Source: a virus (lineage: Duplodnaviria; Caudoviricetes). Taken from it: a stretch of 26,518 nt of DNA. Every line of letters begins with the position of its first letter. Within the stretch, counting starts at the first letter, position 1. The stretch spans positions 1 to 26,518 of IMG/VR virus record IMGVR_UViG_3300027644_000051; one strand, written 5' to 3'. Below are positions 1-8,821 of the stretch, piece after piece. The notes beneath the pieces are model-generated. The model saw only the letters and a list, made by a program, of their open reading frames with translations. It made no database searches and was not told the DNA's origin. The position numbers were made by a program, and so were the translations under genes.

Positions 1-558
1 TTCGGAATTAACAAAAAAACCAGTTGCATCAGAGCCAATACGAATTTGATTGTAATTTGTCTGTAAATCGCTTGTAGTGGATACGCAAAAATCAGCCGCC
101 CCGCCACTACCGTTTGGTGCAACAGCAACTATTGAACGTTGGTTTGTCGTTGCTGACCGTAATACCATTGCGTGTTGACTAGCCACATGGGATGTAGCAG
201 AAGAAATTTGGTCGCTGCTTATGGTCACGTTACCGCTGGAGTCAATACGCATAGCCTCCGCACCGCCTTCAGAAAAAGCAATGGTGTCAGCAGCGGGGAA
301 GAAGATGCCGGTGTTTGTGTCGCCTGTGGCCGTAATTGTTGGCGCAGCCGCAGAGCCTGCAGCAAAGGATGCAATCCCGCCAACAGTCAAAACTTTGCCA
401 GACCCAACATTGAGGCCGACGCTGGTTCCAGTTCCAGCCGCAGCGAATATTGCATCCACCGAGTCCAGATCGGTGTTGATCTTCGTACCCCAAGTGTCGG
501 TGCTTGCGCCAACCTCTGGCTTGGTAAGGAGTAGGTTTGTCGTTGTCGTATCTGCCAT
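1..558 (-). CDS. Tail fibre / tail-associated protein, N-terminal part (runs off the left window edge)
   Basis: Not in the ORF track; translated by hand from ATG at 558: [38 protein letters not shown]...[44 protein letters not shown]..., open to position 1. GAGG SD upstream. The N-terminus and the [13 protein letters not shown] / [11 protein letters not shown] segments are typical of phage tail fibres. Confidence 0.85.
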   Translation of the reverse strand, partial: MADTTTTNLLLTKPEVGASTDTWGTKINTDLDSVDAIFAAAGTGTSVGLNVGSGKVLTVGGIASFAAGSAAAPTITATGDTNTGIFFPAADTIAFSEGGAEAMRIDSSGNVTISSDQISSATSHVASQHAMVLRSATTNQRSIVAVAPNGSGGAADFCVSTTSDLQTNYNQIRIGSDATGFFVNSE

Positions 559-567
559 GATGTACCT

Positions 568-1212
568 CTATGCGGCCACTTGCCACGTTGTTGCATTATC
601 GGAGATATCTGCCCATGTTTCACTGGTGTCAGATACCGGCGTCCAGGTCTCGGACGTGTCGGGTATCGCACCCCATCCAAAGCCTAAGATTGTCCCAACC
701 GCGCCAGTTGCGCCATTGCCCATTATCTCAATTGAGATGACATTTGCGACAGTGCCAACTGATCCCGTTCCGCTGACTCCGGTGATGGCCTGGAACGATA
801 TGGCTTCAGCACTCATCGTTCCGACAGAGCCAGTGGCACTATTGCCAGTTGCGGCCAGACTTCTACTGCTGGTTGCAGTGCCTGGCGAGAGTGTTGCGCT
901 GTTTCCAGGCAAGCTAATGGCAGCGCTCTGAGTGACGCTACCAATCGACAGCGTCGCAGCGTTCCCTGTAACTGCCGCCGTAGTGCTTGGCGCTACAGTG
1001 CCAATGGATGCCGTGGATGCGTTGCCGGTGATGGCGACTGAGTACGTTATCCCTACAGTGCCGACATTGCCGGTTCCAATCGTCCCATCTTCTTGGATTG
1101 AAACATCAGCCAGTAGTGTCCCGATGGCAAGAGAAGACTCGTTGCCAGAGATGACAACATTGCCTATTCCATAGACACCAATGCCGTAGTAGCCTGTACC
1201 GTATGCAGCCAC
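568..1212 (-). CDS. Gly/Ser/Thr/Ala-rich repetitive virion protein (putative head or tail fibre)
   Basis: GTG start with AAGGAG SD. About eight ~20-aa repeats (xxITGNxATxSxGTV) and C-terminal W-x9 repeats. Lies in the structural operon. Confidence 0.75.
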   Translation of the reverse strand: MAAYGTGYYGIGVYGIGNVVISGNESSLAIGTLLADVSIQEDGTIGTGNVGTVGITYSVAITGNASTASIGTVAPSTTAAVTGNAATLSIGSVTQSAAISLPGNSATLSPGTATSSRSLAATGNSATGSVGTMSAEAISFQAITGVSGTGSVGTVANVISIEIMGNGATGAVGTILGFGWGAIPDTSETWTPVSDTSETWADISDNATTWQVAA

Positions 1213-1228
1213 GGCGCTGCTCCTTCAG

Positions 1229-1690
1229 TTACGCCAGCCGGATCAGGCCGGTGCTGGAGTCGTTGGTTGGCATGGTCAGAGTGAACGTGCCGGCGGTAAC
1301 AGTCTGCGATCCAAATGTATGGACGCTCACCGCCTTGTTGCTCTGGGTCGAGTTGTAGATCAGGACCGCGTCAAACGCCGTGGATAGCGTGACTGCGCTG
1401 AACGTAATGGACGCGCTGGGCGTGATAAACGCCGTGGTGCTTGTGGATGACGGTGCAGTGCCAAAGGTGACCGCTACGCCTCCGGCGGTGTAACCAGTGC
1501 CAGATACCTCGTTGGTTGCGCTGTAGGCCGTTGTGGAGGCATTCACGGTGGCGCTTGCCAGGTACAGCGCAGCCTTGAATGTGTCGGCGGTGGATGCGGT
1601 ATGCGCTGGCACTCCGGTCCCGTTAAATGCGTGTACGGCGTTGAGCAAGTCAACTTTGAACGATGTACACATTGCTTGAGTGTTTGCGAT
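1229..1690 (-). CDS. Virion structural protein (putative fibre/spike base); start ambiguous (ATC at 1690 or ATG at 1672)
   Basis: Thr/Ala-rich, beta-type sequence (FKAALY...AYSATNEVSGTGYTAGG...VLIYNSTQSNKAVSV). The frame continues upstream of ATG 1672 as ATC GCA AAC ACT CAA GCA (I-A-N-T-Q-A). Confidence 0.75.
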   Translation of the reverse strand: MANTQAMCTSFKVDLLNAVHAFNGTGVPAHTASTADTFKAALYLASATVNASTTAYSATNEVSGTGYTAGGVAVTFGTAPSSTSTTAFITPSASITFSAVTLSTAFDAVLIYNSTQSNKAVSVHTFGSQTVTAGTFTLTMPTNDSSTGLIRLA

Positions 1691-1708
1691 GATAGTTCCG
1701 TTCTTGGG

Positions 1709-2170
1709 TTAAACCCATTTCAAGTTTTGCCATTTTTTGCCATTTTTTATTACACTTACATGAGCCTGTGTAATCCCAAAATCAGCAGCTATTTCTCTTT
1801 GCAGTCTATCTGATTTCCTTATCAAACAGACTTGTTCATTGGTAAGTTTTGATCTACCATGTTTTTCACCAGAACACGTTCTTCCTTTTTGCTTTGCATC
1901 TTGCATATTTTCCAACCTTGTACCAAGAACAAGGTGGCTGGGGTTAACGCAATTTCTGACATCACATTGGTGCATCACTTCTCTAGTGTCTAACACTCCA
2001 ACAAATAAACGATAAGAGGCTCTGTGAGCCAACTCATGCTTGGATGGAGTCCTAAAAAATCCATACCCATTTTTCATGCAATACGCTTTCCAAAGCCAAC
2101 ATCCTGAGTCATGCTTGACAACATGGCTCATAAATCTTTCCGATTCTGGCGATCTAACTTTGCCAGACAT
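1709..2170 (-). CDS. Free-standing HNH homing endonuclease with C-terminal HTH
   Basis: Motifs SGCWLW, NGYG, LAHRASY, VMHQCDVRNCVNPSHL, GTRLENMQD, then KLTNEQV...QREIAADFGITQAHVSVI. Visibly more AT-rich than its neighbours. Confidence 0.92.
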   Translation of the reverse strand: MSGKVRSPESERFMSHVVKHDSGCWLWKAYCMKNGYGFFRTPSKHELAHRASYRLFVGVLDTREVMHQCDVRNCVNPSHLVLGTRLENMQDAKQKGRTCSGEKHGRSKLTNEQVCLIRKSDRLQREIAADFGITQAHVSVIKNGKKWQNLKWV

Positions 2171-2172
2171 GG

Positions 2173-2364
2173 CTATCCAATCATTTGAGTTATGCCCTCG
2201 CTAAACACATTGCGCTTTAGCGTAACGTGAACAGACCGATGCACCATTTCACCATCCAGCCAATACTCGATAAACGAAATTGTTTCGTTTTCAGTCTCTT
2301 CGGAACCCTCGCGCTTTTCCAGCAGCGAATCGTCCATCTCACCCTTTGTCGTGGTCACTATCAT
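2173..2364 (-). CDS. Small hypothetical protein (63 aa) in structural operon
   Basis: ATGA overlap with the upstream gene's stop; tight packing. Confidence 0.75.
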   Translation of the reverse strand: MIVTTTKGEMDDSLLEKREGSEETENETISFIEYWLDGEMVHRSVHVTLKRNVFSEGITQMIG

Positions 2365-2984
2365 CCGAATGTCCTTGCTCTTGCCATCAGAGCGCCGCCC
2401 GTCATGGAGCCGCGCTCATCAGCTAGGTTGAGTGCGTCGATGCCCTTCTGATACAGGCCAGCCCATACCTGGATTCTCGCATCATCTTGGAGGTACGGCG
2501 CGGCCTGTAGCAGCGAACCGTAAAGGTAAACGTCGGGCGACAGAGTCAGCAGAAAGTTGGTCGTGTTCGACGTAGATAGCTTGCTGAGTTTCCCGTAATA
2601 GATCAACTCAGAAACGTAGGATGTGTCAGGTGTCGGCAGGACGCGGATCTGTCCACCGATAACGCAAAAGTACTTAGGCTGGCCGCTGGCGCTGTAGCTG
2701 ACTTGCAAGTCATCCATTGCGTTGATGGTCTGGAATACCAGCGGGGAGATGGGGTTTGTACCCGTCAGTTTGAACGATTTAGCCTCCAGGTAGTCGCTTG
2801 GGAGTGCGTTGTACTCGTCGCTTATGGTGGCGTTGGCCCTGACAATCATCTGCCTGATGCGGAGATCACGCTCCATCTGGGATTCCGCGAGAGAGACAAA
2901 GTCGGTGATGGCAGACGTGAGATCGCTACGGTTGAGCCAATCGGCGACCGAGGCTTTCAGTTCAGCGTAGGTGCTAAGTGCCAT
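2361..2984 (-). CDS. Putative head-to-tail adaptor protein
   Basis: MALSTYAELKASVADWLNRSDLT...LPSDYLE...PDVYLYGSLLQAAPYL; size and position downstream of the capsid gene. Confidence 0.75.
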   Translation of the reverse strand: MALSTYAELKASVADWLNRSDLTSAITDFVSLAESQMERDLRIRQMIVRANATISDEYNALPSDYLEAKSFKLTGTNPISPLVFQTINAMDDLQVSYSASGQPKYFCVIGGQIRVLPTPDTSYVSELIYYGKLSKLSTSNTTNFLLTLSPDVYLYGSLLQAAPYLQDDARIQVWAGLYQKGIDALNLADERGSMTGGALMARARTFG

Positions 2985-3639
2985 GCTCTGCCTTTTCCTT
3001 CTCGATGTCGCGCATCATCCAGGTGTGGTCGTGCTTGAATTCAAACGTCCCGATGTGGCCGATCTCTTTGCTCACGTCGTGGTCTATGTAGATTTTATAC
3101 CCTGCCGCCTGCGCCTTCCGGCAGAAGAAGATGTCCTCACCGATGTAGCCGCGCTTGTCGGTGCGCCAGGGAGTCTCGAACCAAGGTTCGGTCAGCTTCT
3201 CAAAGACGTTGCGCTTGATGAGCATCACGCCCATTCCGATGCTGCCAACTTCCTCGATGCCGGTTGACTCCGGCATGGTGTAGACCAGTTCGCGCTCACC
3301 GTCCGGACCATACTTCTGTGCAGTCGGGCCAGTAGGGATTCGGCGCCGAGCGCAGTTGGTCGCCACGATGTCTAGGTCGTGTTTTAGCAGGCGCTCCACC
3401 ATGTCCTGGGGGAACGTCATGTCGGAGTCGATGAACAGGATGTGCGTGCAGCCCTCGGCCATCGCATCCAGCGCCAGGTCAGCACGCTGGTTCTGTATCA
3501 GCGTGCCCTGCATGATTTTTAAACTCACTGCGTCTGTCGTGTTCAGCGTGTGGTAGCAGACCATATTCACCAGGCAATAGGTAAAGTTGGCGTGGACCAT
3601 GTCCCGCGCTGGGGTGCAGACTGCAATGTAGTTGTTCAT
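2974..3639 (-). CDS. GT-A fold (GT2-like) glycosyltransferase
   Basis: IAVCTP strand, HILFIDSD (DxD), GMGVMLIKRNVF, GEDIFFCRKA, late GH motif. Confidence 0.85.
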   Translation of the reverse strand: MNNYIAVCTPARDMVHANFTYCLVNMVCYHTLNTTDAVSLKIMQGTLIQNQRADLALDAMAEGCTHILFIDSDMTFPQDMVERLLKHDLDIVATNCARRRIPTGPTAQKYGPDGERELVYTMPESTGIEEVGSIGMGVMLIKRNVFEKLTEPWFETPWRTDKRGYIGEDIFFCRKAQAAGYKIYIDHDVSKEIGHIGTFEFKHDHTWMMRDIEKEKAEHGT

Positions 3640-3950
3640 ACTTGTCCAGGTCTCGTTCTGAAAAATCTGTTGTCGGGGTCATTGAGCCAGCGTTTCATAA
3701 ACGCCTGATCTTCTATCTTGCCCTCGGCCTTGAGTTTGTAGTAGACGCCCTCCGGAATGCTGGCAACGTGATGCCACTCGCCACTCCAGCTTGCGCGCTC
3801 ATCTACCTTATTGAAATCCGCCTTGTTTGCTTCAACAACTGCTGTGACATCCTGCTGAGTCTGAATTGTTGCCTGGCCGGTTTCATCGTTGTAATGCCAA
3901 AAGCGGGTGATACCCGCTTCCTTGTTTTCGTCAAATATTTGTTTATTCAT
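3636..3950 (-). CDS. Hypothetical phage protein downstream of major capsid (104 aa)
   Basis: Clean ORF whose stop overlaps the next start (ATGA); WHHVASIP and KRWLNDPDNRFFRT segments. Confidence 0.8.
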   Translation of the reverse strand: MNKQIFDENKEAGITRFWHYNDETGQATIQTQQDVTAVVEANKADFNKVDERASWSGEWHHVASIPEGVYYKLKAEGKIEDQAFMKRWLNDPDNRFFRTRPGQV

Positions 3951-3955
3951 GCGTT

Positions 3956-3985
3956 AAAAAAGGGACCAGGTTTCCCTGATCCCTT
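3956..3985 (-). terminator. Rho-independent terminator after major capsid gene
   Basis: On the - strand: AAGGGATCAGG-GAAA-CCTGGTCCCTT followed by TTTT. Confidence 0.85.
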
Positions 3986-3993
3986 CAAGTTGA

Positions 3994-4956
3994 TTACGAA
4001 GTAACCAGGTCAGCAGCTAGGCCGTGAGCGTTCTCGGCCAGCACCTTGTGACCCCACTCGACCAACAACATACGCTTCTCAGCGTCGCCGGTCTTAGCGA
4101 GTTCAATTTGCTGGTAAGGACGCAGCACAACCATCTTGGCGTACTCAGGATCGAGTACCCATGCATCACGCTCACGTTGGAACCTGTTCGCTATAACGCT
4201 CACATTCCCGAAATCGCTCACGTAAACATCAACCGCCCCCACGAGGGTCGCAGGCTTGTCACCACCGTTGATGTTGAAACGGCTGGAAGCGATACCAGAG
4301 AAGCCAGACACGCGCTGCTTGTTAACAGGACCGCACATCAGGATCTTTGGAGTTCCGCCAGCAGTCCACACTTGCTGAATCACATTCTTGAGAATGGTTT
4401 CAGTAAAGGTGCGGACGTTACCGTCAGTACGGGCGCTGCTAGGCAGAGTCGTATAGGACGGGTTCACGCCGTTGGTCTGCATATCGACGTTAGTCTTTAC
4501 CCAAGCGCCCAAAGATGCCGTACCGCGTGCGGTGCTGGTGCTACCGGCTGCGGCCACAGCGTTGTTCAGCATGGTGAACTCTTGGTCTCTTTTTAGCTCG
4601 CTCGAACGCTTCGCAATTTGGTAGGCTAATTCTGAGCGACGCCCTGCCTTGTTAACCACCTCTTCAGTCGCGGACAAGATGATGGTCTTGCGCGAAATCT
4701 GAGCGTAGTTTTGCAGGCGAACAGTTGCGGTAACAGCGTCAAAAGAGGCGACATCGTCACCCTCAATCTGCTTGTTGGCTGCGGCTGCTGCCAGGGTATC
4801 GCTTTGGAATTCAAACAGCGAATTGCTGATTGACTCACGCCCGATGTTGCTCATGTAAGGAGTTTCTTCGGGTGCGATATTGGTGATGATGTTGGACAGG
4901 TCTTCACGGATACCTTTGGCGTCAAAGGTCGTGAAAGTATTGGTTACGATTGCCAT
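3994..4956 (-). CDS. Major capsid protein (DUF5309/SU10-like)
   Basis: 320 aa; GIREDLSNIITNIAPEETP, NYAQISRK, ELKRDQE, YVSDFG, ELAKTGDAEKR. Follows the scaffold and precedes a terminator. Confidence 0.9.
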   Translation of the reverse strand: MAIVTNTFTTFDAKGIREDLSNIITNIAPEETPYMSNIGRESISNSLFEFQSDTLAAAAANKQIEGDDVASFDAVTATVRLQNYAQISRKTIILSATEEVVNKAGRRSELAYQIAKRSSELKRDQEFTMLNNAVAAAGSTSTARGTASLGAWVKTNVDMQTNGVNPSYTTLPSSARTDGNVRTFTETILKNVIQQVWTAGGTPKILMCGPVNKQRVSGFSGIASSRFNINGGDKPATLVGAVDVYVSDFGNVSVIANRFQRERDAWVLDPEYAKMVVLRPYQQIELAKTGDAEKRMLLVEWGHKVLAENAHGLAADLVTS

Positions 4957-4963
4957 GATGTAC

Positions 4964-5920
4964 TCACTTTAATAAAAGTTCAATTGCGGAGACCGCGTCT
5001 TGTACGCGGCCAGTTTTTGCAAGACGTTGTTTTGCACGCGTTGACTCGCTTGTCGTGGAGACTCGACCCGCTGCTCCTGGCTTGGCTGGTCTTGGGCCAT
5101 TGTTGACTACCGGCTTAATGTTGCCCCGCTTGGACATCATCTGCTCGTACAGCGCCGCTTTACGCAGCACGTTCACGACGCGGTGGTCAAAAATGTTCTT
5201 CAGTTCATCAGGTTGGAATCCGGCTTTCTGGCCGAATTCAATGAGTAACGCTTTCTCTGCCTTGGCTTTAGCGGGGTCTTTCCACTCGGGTAGGACTTCC
5301 ATCAATTTATCTTGCTCTTGAGCAAGAAATGCCTGCATAGACTGCGCCTGTTCCTGGCGAGAGATTTCTGCAAGTCGCTGCTGTTCGCTCTGAATAGCCG
5401 CGTACTTAGTCTGGTTCTCACGCACTAGCTCTTTCTGCCTCACCCACTCGATGGGGTCCTCTTGGTAGAGGCGGTCCCAATCAATCTGAGGCTCTGCCGC
5501 CTGCTGAACTTGCTGCTCCAATGCTCCTAACAATTGAGCGTACTGCGCACGCTCGGCGCGGATGGCCTGGCTCTCTTGCTCGACTTGCTTTCGCACCTCG
5601 GCAATCTGCTGGGTCTTCCGCGTGTAGTCTTGAGTGCGTGAATAACCTTGCTGAAGTTCGTCAAGCGTTACAGAAACTTCCTTACCGTCTACTTTGACGG
5701 TGAAAGTCTGCGGCTCTTCGCTCTCCTCGGATTCCTCATCTTCCTCTGACTGTTCGGTAAGTGTTTCATCGTCCGATGCGTCTGCATCACCGGACAATTC
5801 CTCATCCACCGCCGCCTGAGTTTCCTCAGTTAACGCCTCGTCGGTTGACTTTTCTCCCTCTTCGGGAAGTATGGCCTGGAGTGCCTGGACTGCTGCGTCC
5901 ATGTTGAGTGATTCTGTCAT
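4964..5920 (-). CDS. Capsid scaffolding protein
   Basis: Acidic N-terminus, FTVKVDGKEVSVTLDELQQGYSRTQDYTRKTQ, coiled-coil body, basic tail; between portal and capsid. Confidence 0.85.
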   Translation of the reverse strand: MTESLNMDAAVQALQAILPEEGEKSTDEALTEETQAAVDEELSGDADASDDETLTEQSEEDEESEESEEPQTFTVKVDGKEVSVTLDELQQGYSRTQDYTRKTQQIAEVRKQVEQESQAIRAERAQYAQLLGALEQQVQQAAEPQIDWDRLYQEDPIEWVRQKELVRENQTKYAAIQSEQQRLAEISRQEQAQSMQAFLAQEQDKLMEVLPEWKDPAKAKAEKALLIEFGQKAGFQPDELKNIFDHRVVNVLRKAALYEQMMSKRGNIKPVVNNGPRPAKPGAAGRVSTTSESTRAKQRLAKTGRVQDAVSAIELLLK

Positions 5921-6168
5921 TTATTTACCCGTTCCAGCGCACGCTGCGCCACTTTTGCGTTGTCGATGGTTTTTGTCAGTTCACCTTTGAGGCTATCAAT
6001 CGCCCTCAACATGGACCAGGCCATCTCGCGTTTCGCGGATTCTTCGGGTTTGCTGCTCTTGAAAATCCAGAGTTGTTCGTTTTCAATCTTGGTCAATGCC
6101 ATATTGAACGTCTCGTCCTCTAGGAGTTCCTGTGCCTTGCGGCCAGCGCGGATTACTTGATCTGTCAT
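5917..6168 (-). CDS. Small helical protein between portal and scaffold
   Basis: 83 aa with 4-bp overlaps at both ends. Confidence 0.8.
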   Translation of the reverse strand: MTDQVIRAGRKAQELLEDETFNMALTKIENEQLWIFKSSKPEESAKREMAWSMLRAIDSLKGELTKTIDNAKVAQRALERVNK

Positions 6169-8288
6169 GCCATTCCAGGTTGGTTGATGGTTGCCTCTCG
6201 ATTCATGCTGGTTACAGCTTGAATCTCAGCGTTGCTAATTTGTGCGTTGTACTTTAACTCAATTTCGTATTTCTTTAATAGTCCACTCTGAGCCAACTCG
6301 TCGCGCCGGAAGTCATCGTCGCGGATCATCTGCTCGCGCTTGAGTTCCAACTCGGCTGCCTTCTTCTGGATGTCGGCCTCGATGGACTTAGCCTGCACCT
6401 CTGCCAGCACCTCCTCGGGTGTCGGCTTGGGTGGTGGTGGCGCTGGTGGCTGGTAGTCGGCAGGGATGTCGTTGAAGAACTGGCTGGAGTCCTTGAACCC
6501 GCTAAGTTCTACGATCTTGCGCAGGGTGCTGGCGTACATGGACGGGCTTACCAGCGGGTTTTGTGGGCCTAGCTGGGTTAGTGCCTCCTGCTGCTTGGCG
6601 CTAATCATCATCAGAGCCTGGAGGCGCTCGTTGGTGTCGCCGTTGCCCAGGCCGATGTTGATGCTCACGTCCATGTTGGCGTTCCAGGCGCGTGGATCGA
6701 TCTCCACAAACTGGTCGCGCAGGCGAATCATGCGGGGCTTGTCCTGGTGGGTCACCATCAGGAACAGGATGCCCTTAAACAGCTTCTTCATGCCCTCGGC
6801 CATCATCCGCGCCGTGAGTTCGATGCGGCCTTGGGACGCGCTGATGGTGGCGGCCACCGCCGCCTTTGTGCTGGATTGCAATGCGTCGGCGTTCAGACCC
6901 ATCGCGGCCTTGCTCATGCCGGTGCGGTCCTCTTTAATCTGGTCGATGTAGTCCAGCATGGGGAAAGCCGCCTGGCCGACAAACGGGCTGGAGAACGGCT
7001 GCACCATGCCAGGGGCACGCATACGAATGATGGCGCCGGTCTCGTTATTCAGCACATCGTCCATGTTGACCTGGCCCTCGACCACCGCGGTGCGCGGGTG
7101 GATGGACTGCGCCAGGGAATCCAGCGTGTTGCGCAGGATTTCGGACTTGATCTCTTGGATGTCGTGCGTGATGTCAAAAATGGACATTGCCTCAATGGGG
7201 CTGGTGTGTGGCTCGGGGTCGCAGGGGAAGTCCACGAATGGAATGTAGGACGCGGGTAGGTTGCGCACCACCTTGTAGCCGGAACCCATGCAGCAGATTT
7301 TGCGCAGCTCGGGAATGCCGTCGCCGTCGTAGTCAATGCGCTCGTACGCCTCAATGTACAGGACGCGGCGCTGCATCGGGTTGGCGCTGTCGGTCTGGCC
7401 GACGGCCGTTGCCAGCGGCTGGCGTGCTAGGTACTCCTCGTTATCGTCCAGGTCGGACGCGGTGACGTTATCCAGCACCTCGTCCTCGTCGTAGCCCATC
7501 GCCACCAGTTCAGCGACAGTCGCCATCATGCGGTGCGCGATCAATGCGCAATCGTCAAAGGACCGCGCTCGGCGGTCAATCAGCAACTCCTCGGGTGGCA
7601 CTGCCATGATCTTGATGCGCCCGTCCTTGGTCACGCGCTTGAGTTGCACGTCGTGCAGCATGGGCGGCGGCATGGGCGGCAGCATCTGACCCGTCATCGG
7701 GTCAATCATTGGCTGCATAGGTGGCGCGTCGGGGTCAGGGTAGCTGACAATGATCTTGACCTCGGCCTGCTCCTGCATCAGTATTTGCAGGGTCTGCTCA
7801 TCCAGGCCGGTGAAGTCGGTGATATCCACCTTTTCCGACTCCTCCCACCAGAACTTCGCAATGCCGCACTTCCGGACCAGGCTGTCCTTGAAGATGGCGT
7901 AGGTGGTCATAAAACCGTTGTTGTCACGGCCAAAAATGAAATTCGCGTAATCGGTGGCTTGCTTGGCGTACTCCACGTCTGCCGGTGTCTCGGGGACGTA
8001 CTCGACGGTGTTCTCGCTAGAGAAAAACACCCGCATCAAACTTGGCATCATGGCGCTGACGGTGTCGCGCACCTCCATCGCCACCACCTGGGAGCGCCCG
8101 TCTTCCTCGTTCCCAAACGGGTCGCCTCGGTAGTAGGCCGTCCCCATCGCCCGAATGGGCGATATATCAGAATCTATATAACTTACGGCGTCGGTCAGGT
8201 CTTGCCCGATGATCGCCTCCAGCTCGGTGTCATCCATCTGCTCTTGGGCGGCCACGTCGGTGGTCACTGGCATATCGTTCATATTCAT
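6165..8288 (-). CDS. Portal protein (podovirus type)
   Basis: 707 aa; YYRGDPFGNEEDGRSQVV, FKDSLVRKCGIAKFWW, VPPEELLID, DVSINIGLG, C-terminal coiled-coil; position between TerL and scaffold. Confidence 0.92.
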   Translation of the reverse strand: MNMNDMPVTTDVAAQEQMDDTELEAIIGQDLTDAVSYIDSDISPIRAMGTAYYRGDPFGNEEDGRSQVVAMEVRDTVSAMMPSLMRVFFSSENTVEYVPETPADVEYAKQATDYANFIFGRDNNGFMTTYAIFKDSLVRKCGIAKFWWEESEKVDITDFTGLDEQTLQILMQEQAEVKIIVSYPDPDAPPMQPMIDPMTGQMLPPMPPPMLHDVQLKRVTKDGRIKIMAVPPEELLIDRRARSFDDCALIAHRMMATVAELVAMGYDEDEVLDNVTASDLDDNEEYLARQPLATAVGQTDSANPMQRRVLYIEAYERIDYDGDGIPELRKICCMGSGYKVVRNLPASYIPFVDFPCDPEPHTSPIEAMSIFDITHDIQEIKSEILRNTLDSLAQSIHPRTAVVEGQVNMDDVLNNETGAIIRMRAPGMVQPFSSPFVGQAAFPMLDYIDQIKEDRTGMSKAAMGLNADALQSSTKAAVAATISASQGRIELTARMMAEGMKKLFKGILFLMVTHQDKPRMIRLRDQFVEIDPRAWNANMDVSINIGLGNGDTNERLQALMMISAKQQEALTQLGPQNPLVSPSMYASTLRKIVELSGFKDSSQFFNDIPADYQPPAPPPPKPTPEEVLAEVQAKSIEADIQKKAAELELKREQMIRDDDFRRDELAQSGLLKKYEIELKYNAQISNAEIQAVTSMNREATINQPGMA

Positions 8289-8821
8289 ACGGGTATCTTT
8301 CGTAGTACGACGTACATGGAATCCACCGCCCGAGGCGTGCGGAGCAACTCGTCTAGTCCCAATTCTAGGGTTTTCCCATACTCTGAGAGCTTGTAGTCCA
8401 GGTGCGCCACATCAAACCGGTAATCCTTCCAGCCCAGATACCAGTGCCAGCCGCAGTAGTACACCCATGAGTTCTCGTTAAACGCTCGGACGTGGGTCGG
8501 GTCCTGCCAAGCGCCCAGGCTCAACTCGTAGGGCACGACAATGTGCATCTCACCGCCATCAGCCAACAGGTCTCGGCAGTTGGTCATGGCCTTGACCAGG
8601 TTGGGGATGTGCTCCAAAACGTCAAAGGCAATGATGCGCTCAAAGCCACCGCGCTTGATGGGCACAAACTGCTCCTTCCACTTGACGATGCCGCCGATGT
8701 GGAGGTCGGAGATGTCCACCACCCAGTCAGCGCCAACATCTGAACGGATGTCAGCGTTGATGGCGTCGTCCCTGTAGTCCTTGCCGGACCCCAGGTTAAG
8801 AGTTAAACCAGCGTTGGGCAT
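8285..8821 (-). CDS. Class I SAM-dependent methyltransferase (small-molecule/glycan type)
   Basis: LNLGSG motif I, INAD, DVLEHI, LLADGG, AWQDPTHVRAF. Confidence 0.85.
   Translation of the reverse strand: MPNAGLTLNLGSGKDYRDDAINADIRSDVGADWVVDISDLHIGGIVKWKEQFVPIKRGGFERIIAFDVLEHIPNLVKAMTNCRDLLADGGEMHIVVPYELSLGAWQDPTHVRAFNENSWVYYCGWHWYLGWKDYRFDVAHLDYKLSEYGKTLELGLDELLRTPRAVDSMYVVLRKIPV

Noticed and set aside
172-1174. Long + strand ORFs (172-534, 221-931, 932-1174)
   Set aside because: Antisense shadows of repetitive - strand structural genes; no SD or motifs.
1691-2172. Group I intron around the HNH gene
   Set aside because: Only about 20 nt of non-coding flank, and I could not identify P/Q/R/S core elements.
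6466-8481. + strand ORFs up to 287 aa over the portal
   Set aside because: Antisense shadows expected from GC-rich codon usage.
8796-8821. Programmed -1 frameshift fusing glycosyltransferase and methyltransferase
   Set aside because: The frames differ by +1, there is no canonical slippery heptamer, and an ATG at 8821 explains the overlap.
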